Source: an uncultured Candidatus Saccharibacteria bacterium
GTDB taxonomy: Bacteria > Patescibacteriota > WWE3 > UBA101185 > UBA10185
NCBI GenBank assembly: GCA_964643995.1
Contig: CAZXUJ010000003.1
Coordinates: 349-64,348 of the forward strand
DNA length: 64,000 bases
Direction: 5' to 3'
The stretch's first letter is position 1. Each line of letters starts with the position of its first letter. The notes under the pieces are model-generated. The model did no database searches, was not told the DNA's origin, and saw only the letters and a list, made by a program, of their open reading frames with translations. Both the position numbers and the translations under genes were made by a program. Shown piece by piece: positions 28,448 to 37,841 of this stretch.

Positions 28448-28565
28448 GATAAAAAAGTTACATTAATGTAACTTTTCGATCTGTAACTCGTGAGGTCTCC
28501 GCATACCTCCAAAGGAGGGTAGCGCCACAAAGTGGCGCGTCACGGTCCACCAGACGAAAAAAGTT
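28437..28565 (+). repeat. Direct repeat of the tRNA-Ala 3' end bracketing a ~100-bp structured element
   Basis: ACGGTCCACCAGA at 28437-28449 and 28542-28554, each followed by AAAAAAGTT. Confidence 0.75.
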
Positions 28566-28579
28566 GTTTAAGGTAGCGC

Positions 28580-29245
28580 TTAGTTACTTACCCACCAATC
28601 AAATTCCACATTTTTCAGTAGCGGTGCATCTAATTCAACCAAGAACCCTTCTTGCGGTGTTTGACTTGCTACCCAATATTTTGTAGCTGGCGCAAAGTTA
28701 TCTTTGAACGTTAGGTATATTCTTGAATTTGGGTACAATTGAGCGCTTTTCACAAAAACCTTACTCTGCTGTTCAGGTACAAACGCTGTGCCTGAATCAA
28801 GAATTTGTACAGGGCCTTGAGGATTACCAGTTTGTGCTAGCAGTATATCCTTTGGTTTGCCAACATGTATGAAATCTATCTCAACCAAAAGGATAAATCC
28901 CAACATGATGAAAGACATATATGTAACTAGTTTGGATCTAACATTTTCCGACCTTACTATGTTGTAAAAATTTTGAGCTTTGTCCTTCATATTAAGCTTT
29001 TGGGCTATATCATCATTTTCCATCCCTTTATTTTTTAACTCTTGTATCAGCAATAATCTATCAATAGTAGATATTGGATAATGCCCTTTCGTTGAGCCTT
29101 TTTGCCCTTTTTTTCTAATCATGTGGGGAATCCATCCAATTTTTGTATAGTAGCGTAGGCGGTTATACGGATCTCCTTTTCCGAAGTCCACTCCCTTTTC
29201 TTGTGCTTCTTTCAGTAGGACATCGACGGAGATGTAATCTTTCAT
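28580..29245 (-). CDS. MerR-like HTH + TM helix + C-terminal beta domain shared with the giant fibre protein
   Basis: NRLRYYTKIGWIP..HYP.STIDRLLLIQELKNKG HTH; TM LVTYMSFIMLGFILLV; ends FLVELDAPLLKNVEFDWWVSN. Confidence 0.8.
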   Translation of the reverse strand: MKDYISVDVLLKEAQEKGVDFGKGDPYNRLRYYTKIGWIPHMIRKKGQKGSTKGHYPISTIDRLLLIQELKNKGMENDDIAQKLNMKDKAQNFYNIVRSENVRSKLVTYMSFIMLGFILLVEIDFIHVGKPKDILLAQTGNPQGPVQILDSGTAFVPEQQSKVFVKSAQLYPNSRIYLTFKDNFAPATKYWVASQTPQEGFLVELDAPLLKNVEFDWWVSN

Positions 29246-29365
29246 AAATTTATTTTAACACATGTCGTCAATAGTTTTAGTTGTTGTTATAGCAATAAAT
29301 GTCATTTCTATTTTCACTAGATACGGCGTACTTGTTACATGTTATATATTTGATATTTTGGTAGT

Positions 29366-30220
29366 ATGTTCCAAACAATATCCTCTGAGAACATTTACTA
29401 CCCTAGTTTATTGCGTAATATTAGTGATTTTCCCAAAGCGCTTTATATCAAAGGTGATTTACATGCCGAGTCCTTTGAGTTGTGTTTAGGTGTTGTGGGC
29501 AGTAGACGTATGACTTCGTATGGAGACTCGGTAGTAGAAGAGTTAGTTTCCGGATTAGTTACATATGGAGTTACCGTTGTCTCAGGTTTTATGTATGGTG
29601 TTGATATAACTGCTCATCTTTGCGCTTTAAAGCATGGTGGTAAAACTATCGCAGTCATGCCCTGTGGTATCAATCTTATTTACCCTTCAAAGCATTGGCA
29701 CTATTATGAAAGATTAATTTCATCTGGTGGTTTAGTAGTTTCTGAGTACCTAGAGGATGTTAGTCCTAGAAAGTGGATGTTTCTGGAACGTAACAGAATA
29801 GTCGCAGGTGTTAGTTTAGGTGTTTTAGTTATAGAGGCCGCCGAGAATAGCGGCTCTGTTGTTACGGCAAACTTTTCCAGAGCCTTTGGGCGTAAAGTTT
29901 TTGCTGTGCCGGGAAGCATTTTCTCCTCAATGTCACGTGGGACAAACGTCTTGCTAAAAAAAGGTGGAATATTAGTAAACACTGTGGAAGATGTAATTGT
30001 TGAGTTGGGCTTGCTAGTGAAGGAGGAGTCAAAAGTGGGACCTAAAGTAGGTAGAGACTCATCTGAAGAAAAGATACTTTCAAGTTTGAAGTCTTTGCCA
30101 AAGAATTACGAACAATTGGTACAGGAGGTTTCATCTGACGTAGAGCTCAAAAATTGTCTGATGAAGCTAGAGTTAGCAGATTTAATCGTTTATCGTGGGG
30201 GCTATTACCATGCTAACTAG
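29366..30220 (+). CDS. dprA: DNA processing protein DprA
   Basis: GVVGSR, VVSGFMYGVD, RNRIVAG, EAAENSGS, FAVPGSI. Confidence 0.95.
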   Translation: MFQTISSENIYYPSLLRNISDFPKALYIKGDLHAESFELCLGVVGSRRMTSYGDSVVEELVSGLVTYGVTVVSGFMYGVDITAHLCALKHGGKTIAVMPCGINLIYPSKHWHYYERLISSGGLVVSEYLEDVSPRKWMFLERNRIVAGVSLGVLVIEAAENSGSVVTANFSRAFGRKVFAVPGSIFSSMSRGTNVLLKKGGILVNTVEDVIVELGLLVKEESKVGPKVGRDSSEEKILSSLKSLPKNYEQLVQEVSSDVELKNCLMKLELADLIVYRGGYYHAN

Positions 30221-31727
30221 AGTTTCTTCAGTAGCTCCTTACGGAATGGAAATTATCTGTGTGAATATTGAGACATATGTCGCTGAAAGGGGTTTTCCGA
30301 GTTTTGATATTGTGGGGTTACCAAGCAAAGAGGTTACTGAAAGTAAGTATCGTGTGCTTACTGCTTTGAAAAGTTCTGGTATAGAGATCCCGCCTAAAAA
30401 AATAGTTATAAACTTGGCGCCTGCGGATGTTCCAAAAATTGGATCGTTTTTAGATTTACCAATTGCTGTTTCTTTGATGGCTACTTTGATGAAATTGTCA
30501 CTTGATGAAACAGCTCTGTATTTTGGAGAAGTCTCTATGGATGGAACATTACGTTATACCTATGGTGCATTTTTGTTGGCGTTGTTTGCGAAGGAATCAG
30601 GTAGAGATAAAATCTATCTTCCACAGGAGTGTGCTTCAGAAGTAAGTTGTTTTGATGGTCTTAGCATTTTTTCCATTACTTCCCTCAAACAATTATGGGA
30701 CCATATATCCGGTGTCAGGCCTATTTCGTCTCTAGACCCTAGTCTAATAGTCCGAAGTGAAAGCAATCTTGATAATATCAACCTGAGTTCAGTGATAGGG
30801 CAAGATACTGCTAAGCGAGCAACTGTCATATCTGTTGCAGGGGGACATAATATGTTACTCTCTGGACCTCCTGGGGTTGGAAAAACTATGTTAGCTCGCT
30901 CATATAGAAGTCTTTTGCCCGATCTAGCACCACACTCGGCAATAGAAGTTACAAAAATTCATTCTTTGGGAAGGCGTATTTCCCAAGGGCAAGGGTTGAT
31001 TGTTAAACCTCCATACAGGGCTCCTCATCATACTATCTCATATACTGGCATGGTGGGTGGAGGTAGCATACCTATTCCCGGCGAAATCAGTTTAGCCCAT
31101 CGAGGTGTTTTATTTATGGATGAGTTTACTGAATTTCCGCGCAAGGTTTTGGAAGCCTTAAGGCAGCCTCTGGAAACTGGAACAATCACAATAAACAGGA
31201 GCAAAGGGGCATTTGTGTATCCTTGTGAGTTTATTTTGATTGGTGCTTGTAACCCTTGCCCCTGTGGTTATTACAACCATCCACATAAAGAGTGCGTGTG
31301 TTCCCCAGGACAACTCCAGCTCTATCAACGTAAACTGTCTGGTCCTATTTTAGATAGAATTGATCTTTTCGTTTCATTAGCTCCCTTTGGTCAAGAAGAT
31401 TTGCAAAATATGTTGTCTACAAAGGTACACTCTGTAACTGACGTCTCGGCTCTAACAGCGCAAATTTCTACGGCTAGGCTAGCTCAGTACGCAAGGTTCG
31501 GCGATTTTTGTAAGTTAAACTCACGTATGAGTAATAGGGAATTGGCAGAGTATTGTGTCTTGAGTGATTCCGCTAAAAATCTCTTAGCCTCTGCTTGCAA
31601 AAAACTTGAGTTGTCAGCTCGAGCATATACGAAGATACTAAAGGTGTCTCGCACGATTGCTGACTTAGTTAATCGTAAGGATATTATAGATTCAGATATT
31701 GCAGAGGCATTACTTTTCAGAAAATAA
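30210..31727 (+). CDS. comM: ComM/YifB Mg-chelatase-like AAA+ ATPase
   Basis: INLAPAD, GPPGVGKT, RAPHHTIS, GEISLAHRGVLFMDE, NPCPCG, LSARAYTKILKVSRTIADL. Confidence 0.93.
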   Translation: MLTRVSSVAPYGMEIICVNIETYVAERGFPSFDIVGLPSKEVTESKYRVLTALKSSGIEIPPKKIVINLAPADVPKIGSFLDLPIAVSLMATLMKLSLDETALYFGEVSMDGTLRYTYGAFLLALFAKESGRDKIYLPQECASEVSCFDGLSIFSITSLKQLWDHISGVRPISSLDPSLIVRSESNLDNINLSSVIGQDTAKRATVISVAGGHNMLLSGPPGVGKTMLARSYRSLLPDLAPHSAIEVTKIHSLGRRISQGQGLIVKPPYRAPHHTISYTGMVGGGSIPIPGEISLAHRGVLFMDEFTEFPRKVLEALRQPLETGTITINRSKGAFVYPCEFILIGACNPCPCGYYNHPHKECVCSPGQLQLYQRKLSGPILDRIDLFVSLAPFGQEDLQNMLSTKVHSVTDVSALTAQISTARLAQYARFGDFCKLNSRMSNRELAEYCVLSDSAKNLLASACKKLELSARAYTKILKVSRTIADLVNRKDIIDSDIAEALLFRK

Positions 31728-31778
31728 AAAAGCCTAATGTGTGTTGCATTGACATTTGGATTATTGTATATTGGTCGC

Positions 31779-32075
31779 ATGGCAAACATGTTGAAACTTT
31801 CTAAAGCCTTCTCAGATAAAAACAGAGTAAAAATTTTAAAGATGCTCACCGATGGAGCTCAAAACGTATCGACAGTAGCAGATAAGCTTAACGTCGAAGA
31901 AAATCTAGCCTCCCATCACTTGAGAGTTTTGTTTTCTCTAGGTTTACTCAAGAGTCAAAAAAAAGGACGCCAAGTTTACTATGATTTGAATCGTGTAAAA
32001 ATAGTGAGCTTTATAAAAGATCTCAAGCAAGACGCTTTCTTCAAGGAAGTATTGACCGAAGCAATGGAAGAATAG
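31779..32075 (+). CDS. ArsR/SmtB-family transcriptional regulator
   Basis: KAFSDKNRVKIL, NVSTVADKL, ASHHLRVL, KKGRQVYY. Confidence 0.9.
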   Translation: MANMLKLSKAFSDKNRVKILKMLTDGAQNVSTVADKLNVEENLASHHLRVLFSLGLLKSQKKGRQVYYDLNRVKIVSFIKDLKQDAFFKEVLTEAMEE

Positions 32076-32252
32076 CTTTTTATTCCTGTTCCCACAACAT
32101 ATACGTCTAATATGCGGTATTTAAATACCGTAAATTTCATCCACAATACTGTGAATAACACAGGAATACTATTGCGGTAATATTGCGGGTATTCTATTTT
32201 GAATAGAGTGTGAGGTCTGTTAATTGCACCAAGTCTATGTTTATCTTGTTAA

Positions 32253-32966
32253 ATGTATCCCGATGAAATTTCTCCTGAAGGTGAATTTGATTCCTATATT
32301 AGTCTTTTCAAAGTGCTTATCTTTATAAGGAAGCATCTGAAGCTAATAGCTATAGTCATGGCTTGTATTTTACTTGCTGTGTTCTACGCTTATAAGTTTA
32401 TTCAGAGAGCTTTGGTGGTGCCATTAACTACAAGTGATTCATTTGAGATGTCACCACCTGCGAATGCCCCCACAATAACAGTTGACGTTTCAGGTGCAGT
32501 GTCTAATCCCGGTGTATTTGAACTGCCTGAAGATTCACGTATTGCCGATGCTATGAGGGTTGCAGGGCCTATTACCAACGATGTTTCTATGGTTTGGGTA
32601 AGCCAGATAATAAACTTTGCTCAGCCATTGCAGGATGGTCAAAAGATATATATACCGTTTGAACATGATCTAGCCAATGAAAGTCTTCACGAGGTTTTAA
32701 TTTTATTGAAGGAAACATATCAGTCTTCAGGTTCCGCAAAGATACCTGCAAAAAATTTGGTAGATTCTGCCGGTGCAATAGCCTCTGGTTTGATAAATGT
32801 TAATAATGCTTCTTCTTCAGAGCTTACCGAATTACCTGGGGTAGGGGATGCTTATGCAGACAAAATAATAGTGAATAGACCTTACAAGAATATTGAAGAG
32901 TTAATCGCTAAAACCAAGATGTCTGCAAAAACAGTCGATAAATTTAGGGATTTAATAATTTTTTAA
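32253..32966 (+). CDS. comEA: ComEA DNA receptor (SLBB + HhH)
   Basis: TM helix, VDVSGAVSNPGV, INVNNASSSELTELPGVG, RPYKNIEEL. Confidence 0.92.
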   Translation: MYPDEISPEGEFDSYISLFKVLIFIRKHLKLIAIVMACILLAVFYAYKFIQRALVVPLTTSDSFEMSPPANAPTITVDVSGAVSNPGVFELPEDSRIADAMRVAGPITNDVSMVWVSQIINFAQPLQDGQKIYIPFEHDLANESLHEVLILLKETYQSSGSAKIPAKNLVDSAGAIASGLINVNNASSSELTELPGVGDAYADKIIVNRPYKNIEELIAKTKMSAKTVDKFRDLIIF

Positions 32967-34033
32967 TGCGCAAAATACTCGTAGCTAACAGATTCTTAAT
33001 ATTCCTGGTATTCCTATACATTGTGCGTTTAGCCTTGTTTTGCAGTATATCCGACCATTGGAGCCTAGATGAAATTTTTACTTGTGTTGCAGTTGCTCAA
33101 GATACCTTTGTTCTATCCGAAATGTCCAACAGCAATAATTTTCAAAGTTTACGTCGCGATATGTCTTTTAAAGTACGGGACTACTTACCCCCAGAGAACA
33201 GTGCTCTGGTACTTGGTTTGGTTCTGGGAATCAATGAATTATATTATCTATCTGATTTTCGAGAATTACTTATCAGTACAGGAACCATCCACGTAGTGGT
33301 CGCTTCGGGATTTAATATCAGCTTAGTAGCTACTTTACTTTCTAGCACAGTAGGTACTAAGTATGGTGTTCGTGCGTATACAGTAGTTGTTCTAGGCACT
33401 TTTGTATATGCAGTCGTTACTGGCTTCGATCCTCCAATTTTTAGAGCATGGCTAATGGCTGTGGTTACTTTTGCCATCACAAACTACGGGCGCACAGTTG
33501 ATAGCATTAAGGTCTTACTGTTTACTGCTTTGGTGATGCTCTTACTGGACCCCCTTTATTTGTTTGATCTTAGTTTCCAACTCAGTTTTCTTGCCACCTT
33601 TGGGATTTTGTATTATTCAGCCCTTTTTGAATATCTTTTCAAGCGTACTAGGGGTAGTTTTTTACGCCAAGATTTCATAACAACGGTCTCAGCACAGGTT
33701 TTTGTTTTACCTTTACTGCTTAAAACCTTGGGAAGTGTTAGTTTGCTTGGTTTTGTAGTTAATCCCTTAACTCTATGGATCATCCCTATATGTACAATAC
33801 TGGGTTTTGTTTTTGTTTTCGTACTTGTGTTCTCTAGTATCCTAGGTTCGGTATTGGCCATACCTCTATATTTCTTGACCCAAGTCTTCATTGTTCTACT
33901 AAAGTTTTTTGACTCGTTTGGAAGCTATGCTATTGTAGCCCCAAAAAACAATCTGTATTTGATGATCTTCTATCTTATAGCACTAGTACTACCCAATTTG
34001 ATTATGGGGCATTCTAGAAGGTCTCTAAAATGA
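32966..34033 (+). CDS. comEC: ComEC/Rec2 competence channel (core domain only)
   Basis: GTIHVVVASGFNI, RAWLM, SFQLSFLAT; no metallo-beta-lactamase domain. Confidence 0.9.
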   Translation: MRKILVANRFLIFLVFLYIVRLALFCSISDHWSLDEIFTCVAVAQDTFVLSEMSNSNNFQSLRRDMSFKVRDYLPPENSALVLGLVLGINELYYLSDFRELLISTGTIHVVVASGFNISLVATLLSSTVGTKYGVRAYTVVVLGTFVYAVVTGFDPPIFRAWLMAVVTFAITNYGRTVDSIKVLLFTALVMLLLDPLYLFDLSFQLSFLATFGILYYSALFEYLFKRTRGSFLRQDFITTVSAQVFVLPLLLKTLGSVSLLGFVVNPLTLWIIPICTILGFVFVFVLVFSSILGSVLAIPLYFLTQVFIVLLKFFDSFGSYAIVAPKNNLYLMIFYLIALVLPNLIMGHSRRSLK

Positions 34034-34056
34034 TATAATCTTTTCGGAGTGCAGGT

Positions 34057-35802
34057 ATGTTTATTTCTAATATTATCAAGGAAAAAATAAGGGATGCTGT
34101 AAAAAAAGTCTATTCTATTGAGTTGGAAGATTTTACGGTTGAACATCCTAACATAGAGTCTTGGGGAGACTATGCAACAAACGTTGCCTTAATTCTGGCA
34201 AAAATTGTTAAGCAGAGTCCTATGGAGATCGCCAAAAATCTGAGCTATGAGTTAGATAGTATTGAGTTAAAATTATCTGTAGACAATGGTCAACCACCTA
34301 CCATTAAACTTATCGAAAAGACAGAATATGTTGCTCCGGGGTTTATAAACTTTATTTTGTCTGAAGATTGGCTCTATTATGTACTCAGCCAAATCTCGGT
34401 ACAGGAGGCAAACTACGGGTCATGTGATATTGGAGGTAAAAAAACTGTTTTGGTGGAGTTTTCACAACCAAACTCTAACAAGCCTCAGCACATTGGTCAT
34501 GCCAGAAATAATTTTTTGGGGTCCTCACTTGCTAATATTTTAGAGTTTACTGGTCACAAAGTTATTAGATCTAACTATGTCGGTGATATAGGTGTTCACA
34601 TTTGCAAAAGCATGCTTATGTATATGAAACATGGCCATGGGACATCACCAGATAAAAAGTCAGACCATTTTGTAGGTGATTACTACATAATGTTTGAGCG
34701 AGAGGTTCAGTCTAATCCCGAGCTTGAAAAAGAAGCCCAGGCTCTTTTGATTAAACTCGAAAATAGCGACCCAGAGGTTACTGCTTTATGGAACAAGATG
34801 AACAATTGGGTGTATGAAGGTTGGGCACAAACTTATGCTGACCAGAAAATTACATTTGATATTTGGGAGTATGAAAGTGAGAGTATGCATATTGGCAAAG
34901 AAATTGCTGAGGAGGCAGTTTCTAAAGGCTTAGCAGAGCGCCAAGCTGACGGGTCCATTATTGCTCGTCTCGCACAGTACGGTCTTCCTGATAAGATACT
35001 TTTACGTGCAGATGGTACGACGGTTTATTCAACCAAAGATTTACAGCTAGCAAAAAACGGTTACGAAAAATATTTATTTTATAAACGGCTTTATGTGGTT
35101 GATGAACGTCAGGGTGACTACTTCAAACAGATATTTAAAATTCTGGAACTTATGGGTTTTTCATGGGCAAAGGATTTACACCATGTCTCATATGGTTATG
35201 TAAAACTGCCTGAAGGTAATATGTCTTCAAGAAAGGGTTTGGTTGTTAATGCCGATGATGTTTTTGCAGAATTGATTTCTTTAGAGGATCAGGTAGTTAG
35301 TTCTTCTATTGCCAATAGAGATTTAGTTTTACGAGAGGTAGCCTTGAGTGCCTTTAAATATACTTTGTTGAAATATGACGTACAAAGTACAGTAGTGTTT
35401 GATTCTAAGGATGTAACAAGATTTGTTGGTAATACCGGACCTTATTTGTTATATACCCAAGCTCGCGCGAACTCTATTTTGGAGAAAAGTGGTCAGGTAT
35501 TTGGGGATATTCCTAAAAATTACTCGGAAACTTTGGATCCAAAAGAACTGGCTTTGCTTCGTATGCTTTATAGATTCCCTGAAGTGGTTTTACGCACCTC
35601 GGAGGAATATGCTCCAAATCTCTTATGTAATTATCTCTTCGATCTTTCCCAGAGATTTAACACTTTCTATAACGATGTGCCTATTCTTAGTGCAAAAAGT
35701 GAAAATGAAAAGACTTTTCGTTTGTTGTTGACCAGGAGTGTTAAGACTGTACTAAACAATGGCTTGCGCTTGTTAGGTATCCCCGCGCCTGCAAAGATGT
35801 AA
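34057..35802 (+). CDS. argS: Arginine--tRNA ligase
   Basis: GDYATN, VEFSQPNSNKPQHIGH, MSSRKG, GNTGPYLLY, LGIPAPAKM. Confidence 0.97.
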   Translation: MFISNIIKEKIRDAVKKVYSIELEDFTVEHPNIESWGDYATNVALILAKIVKQSPMEIAKNLSYELDSIELKLSVDNGQPPTIKLIEKTEYVAPGFINFILSEDWLYYVLSQISVQEANYGSCDIGGKKTVLVEFSQPNSNKPQHIGHARNNFLGSSLANILEFTGHKVIRSNYVGDIGVHICKSMLMYMKHGHGTSPDKKSDHFVGDYYIMFEREVQSNPELEKEAQALLIKLENSDPEVTALWNKMNNWVYEGWAQTYADQKITFDIWEYESESMHIGKEIAEEAVSKGLAERQADGSIIARLAQYGLPDKILLRADGTTVYSTKDLQLAKNGYEKYLFYKRLYVVDERQGDYFKQIFKILELMGFSWAKDLHHVSYGYVKLPEGNMSSRKGLVVNADDVFAELISLEDQVVSSSIANRDLVLREVALSAFKYTLLKYDVQSTVVFDSKDVTRFVGNTGPYLLYTQARANSILEKSGQVFGDIPKNYSETLDPKELALLRMLYRFPEVVLRTSEEYAPNLLCNYLFDLSQRFNTFYNDVPILSAKSENEKTFRLLLTRSVKTVLNNGLRLLGIPAPAKM

Positions 35803-35811
35803 CATAAGAGT

Positions 35812-36849
35812 ATGTTTTTTAAGAAAAGAAATTCAAGACAACCAGGTATCCTCAAAAGATTTGTTCGATCAATATTTTCGGTTGTGATTCTAACAGCTTT
35901 TGTTGTTGGTATAGCTTTTGGAGTTCAGCAGATGGCTAGGCTAGACAGTGATAAGCTCAATGCATTGGCTGGGCCAGCCTTGGTTAAACTCGGTCTGGAT
36001 GAGGATGCTGTAGGCGAGGTAGCGGGAGAATTCGCTGAAAGAGTTTCACAAACTGGAATTAACAAAACTATCCAAGTAGATGCTTCAGAAGAAAAATCAG
36101 TTTCTGTGGAGCCAGAAATACTTTCGGATTCTAAAAAAGCTCCTAGGGCACGTATCGCTTTGATGTCAGATGCTCATGAGGATTGGGATAACTTTAATAA
36201 AGCACTGAACGAGGCAAAAAGGCTTGATGTAGATTATATTTTATATCTCGGTGATTTTACAGATTGGGGAGATGTTCCTACCCTTGAAAAAGGTCGTGAA
36301 TTATTGGAGGCCAGTGGAATTAAATGGGAAGCTATTCCGGGGGATCACGATCTGGCACAGTCTGCTGCGGAAGAAGGCGGTGATGGTTTAACAAACTTCC
36401 TTTTCGTATTCGAGGACAATTATAAGATGCTTGAGATTGCGGACTCTAATTTTTTGCTTTTTGATAATAGTGCTAATTTTACACCTCTCGATGAGGCAAG
36501 GTTTACTTGGTTTCTGAATAATGTAGCCAACGCTGACTATGTAGTAATGAGTCAGCCAATTTATCATACTGCCGGAAATTTAATGATGGGTATTTCAGGC
36601 GGCGAGGAGATGGTGGATCTTAACAACCAACGCAAAATACTTCTTGGTGCTGTTCAGGGGTCAGATGTTCAAGTGGTATTTGGCGGTGACCATCACCAAT
36701 CAAGTGTTAGCCTTGATCCTGAGAACGACGCCCTGAAACATGTTGTTGTTGGGGCCATAACCAAACGCCGCAATATTCAGACACCAAGATTTATGATTTT
36801 AAACCTATACGAAGGTAGGGAATATGATATTGAAGAAATACTTCTTTAG
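35812..36849 (+). CDS. Membrane-anchored calcineurin-like metallophosphoesterase
   Basis: SDAH, LGDFTD, PGDHD, GDHH motifs; N-terminal TM. Confidence 0.85.
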   Translation: MFFKKRNSRQPGILKRFVRSIFSVVILTAFVVGIAFGVQQMARLDSDKLNALAGPALVKLGLDEDAVGEVAGEFAERVSQTGINKTIQVDASEEKSVSVEPEILSDSKKAPRARIALMSDAHEDWDNFNKALNEAKRLDVDYILYLGDFTDWGDVPTLEKGRELLEASGIKWEAIPGDHDLAQSAAEEGGDGLTNFLFVFEDNYKMLEIADSNFLLFDNSANFTPLDEARFTWFLNNVANADYVVMSQPIYHTAGNLMMGISGGEEMVDLNNQRKILLGAVQGSDVQVVFGGDHHQSSVSLDPENDALKHVVVGAITKRRNIQTPRFMILNLYEGREYDIEEILL

Positions 36850-36882
36850 GGTAGAATAAGTCAATTATTTTTAGGAGGAACT

Positions 36883-37464
36883 ATGATAGAAAGATCACTA
36901 GTACTTATGAAACCGGATGCAGTTCAGAGAGGCATCGTAGGAGAAATTTTGCATAGATTTGAAAGAATGGGGTTGAAGATCATCGGAGCTAAATTGCTTC
37001 TAGTAGACGAGGCTCACGGCCTAAAACACTATAACCATCCGGCAGAATGGTATGTGAAGGTTGGTAATCGAAACCTGGAGGACTGTAAAAACTTTGAACT
37101 AGATCCAATGGAGGTCTTTGGTACAACAGATGCTAGAGAAATCGGTTTACTAACCGACAAGAGAAACGCCGAATTTTTAGCCAGTGGTCCTATATTTGCG
37201 ATGGTTTTAGAAGGTCCTCAAGCGGTACAAAGAATTAGAGATCATGTTGGTAACACTTTTTCTTCGATCTCCCCTGCAGGTACTATACGTGGCGACTACG
37301 GATTGGACTCAGCCTACTCTGGTATGAAACGAGGTAGAACTTCTTATAACATGATTCATGCTTCTGGTAATGTTTCCGAAGCCGAAGTTGAAATAAAACT
37401 TTGGTTCAAAGATGATGAATTATTGAGTTATAAGAGGGTTCACGAAGATTTATACAAGTATTAA
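36883..37464 (+). CDS. ndk: Nucleoside diphosphate kinase
   Basis: MKPDAVQRG, GTIRGDY, NMIHASG; SD AGGAGG. Confidence 0.95.
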   Translation: MIERSLVLMKPDAVQRGIVGEILHRFERMGLKIIGAKLLLVDEAHGLKHYNHPAEWYVKVGNRNLEDCKNFELDPMEVFGTTDAREIGLLTDKRNAEFLASGPIFAMVLEGPQAVQRIRDHVGNTFSSISPAGTIRGDYGLDSAYSGMKRGRTSYNMIHASGNVSEAEVEIKLWFKDDELLSYKRVHEDLYKY

Positions 37465-37466
37465 TA

Positions 37467-37554
37467 TGGCGGAGGGGGAGGGATTCGAACCCTCGTGTGC
37501 TTGCGCACGCACGGTTTTCAAGACCGGCTAGTTTGACCGCTCCTACACCCCTCC
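37467..37554 (-). tRNA. tRNA-Ser (TGA)
   Basis: Reverse complement GGAGGGG...CTTGAAA anticodon loop, long variable arm, GGTTCGAATCC, GCCA end. Confidence 0.93.
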
Positions 37555-37589
37555 AATACGTAGGATAAAGTATACCATTAAATTTACGG

Positions 37590-37664
37590 GCCTCTGTAGT
37601 TCAATGGATAGAACATACCCCTCCTAAGGGTAAAATGCAGGTTCGATTCCCGCCTGGGGCACCA
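37590..37664 (+). tRNA. tRNA-Arg (CCT)
   Basis: TACCC-CTCCTAA-GGGTA anticodon arm, GGTTCGATTCC, CCA end; one mismatch each in acceptor and T stems. Confidence 0.9.
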
Positions 37665-37694
37665 GATGATTTAACTTAATGCTATAATTTGGAG

Positions 37695-37806
37695 AATTAA
37701 ATCCCAACCACAGTACCAAGCTCCCTATTGAGCTCTCGTGGTTGGGTAGCCATCGAAAGATGGCGGATTTACCGAAAGGTAAGTCGCTCGTAGGGAGCTT
37801 AGTGTT
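37695..37806 (+). ncRNA. Pseudoknotted structured ncRNA candidate, family unknown
   Basis: TGCTATAAT promoter at 37680-37688; 15-bp closing stem, two GAAA hairpins, 9-bp pseudoknot CCCAACCAC/GTGGTTGGG. Confidence 0.65.
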
Positions 37807-37841
37807 CCTATTATATCCTCTTAACGTGTTAGAATTTTCAT

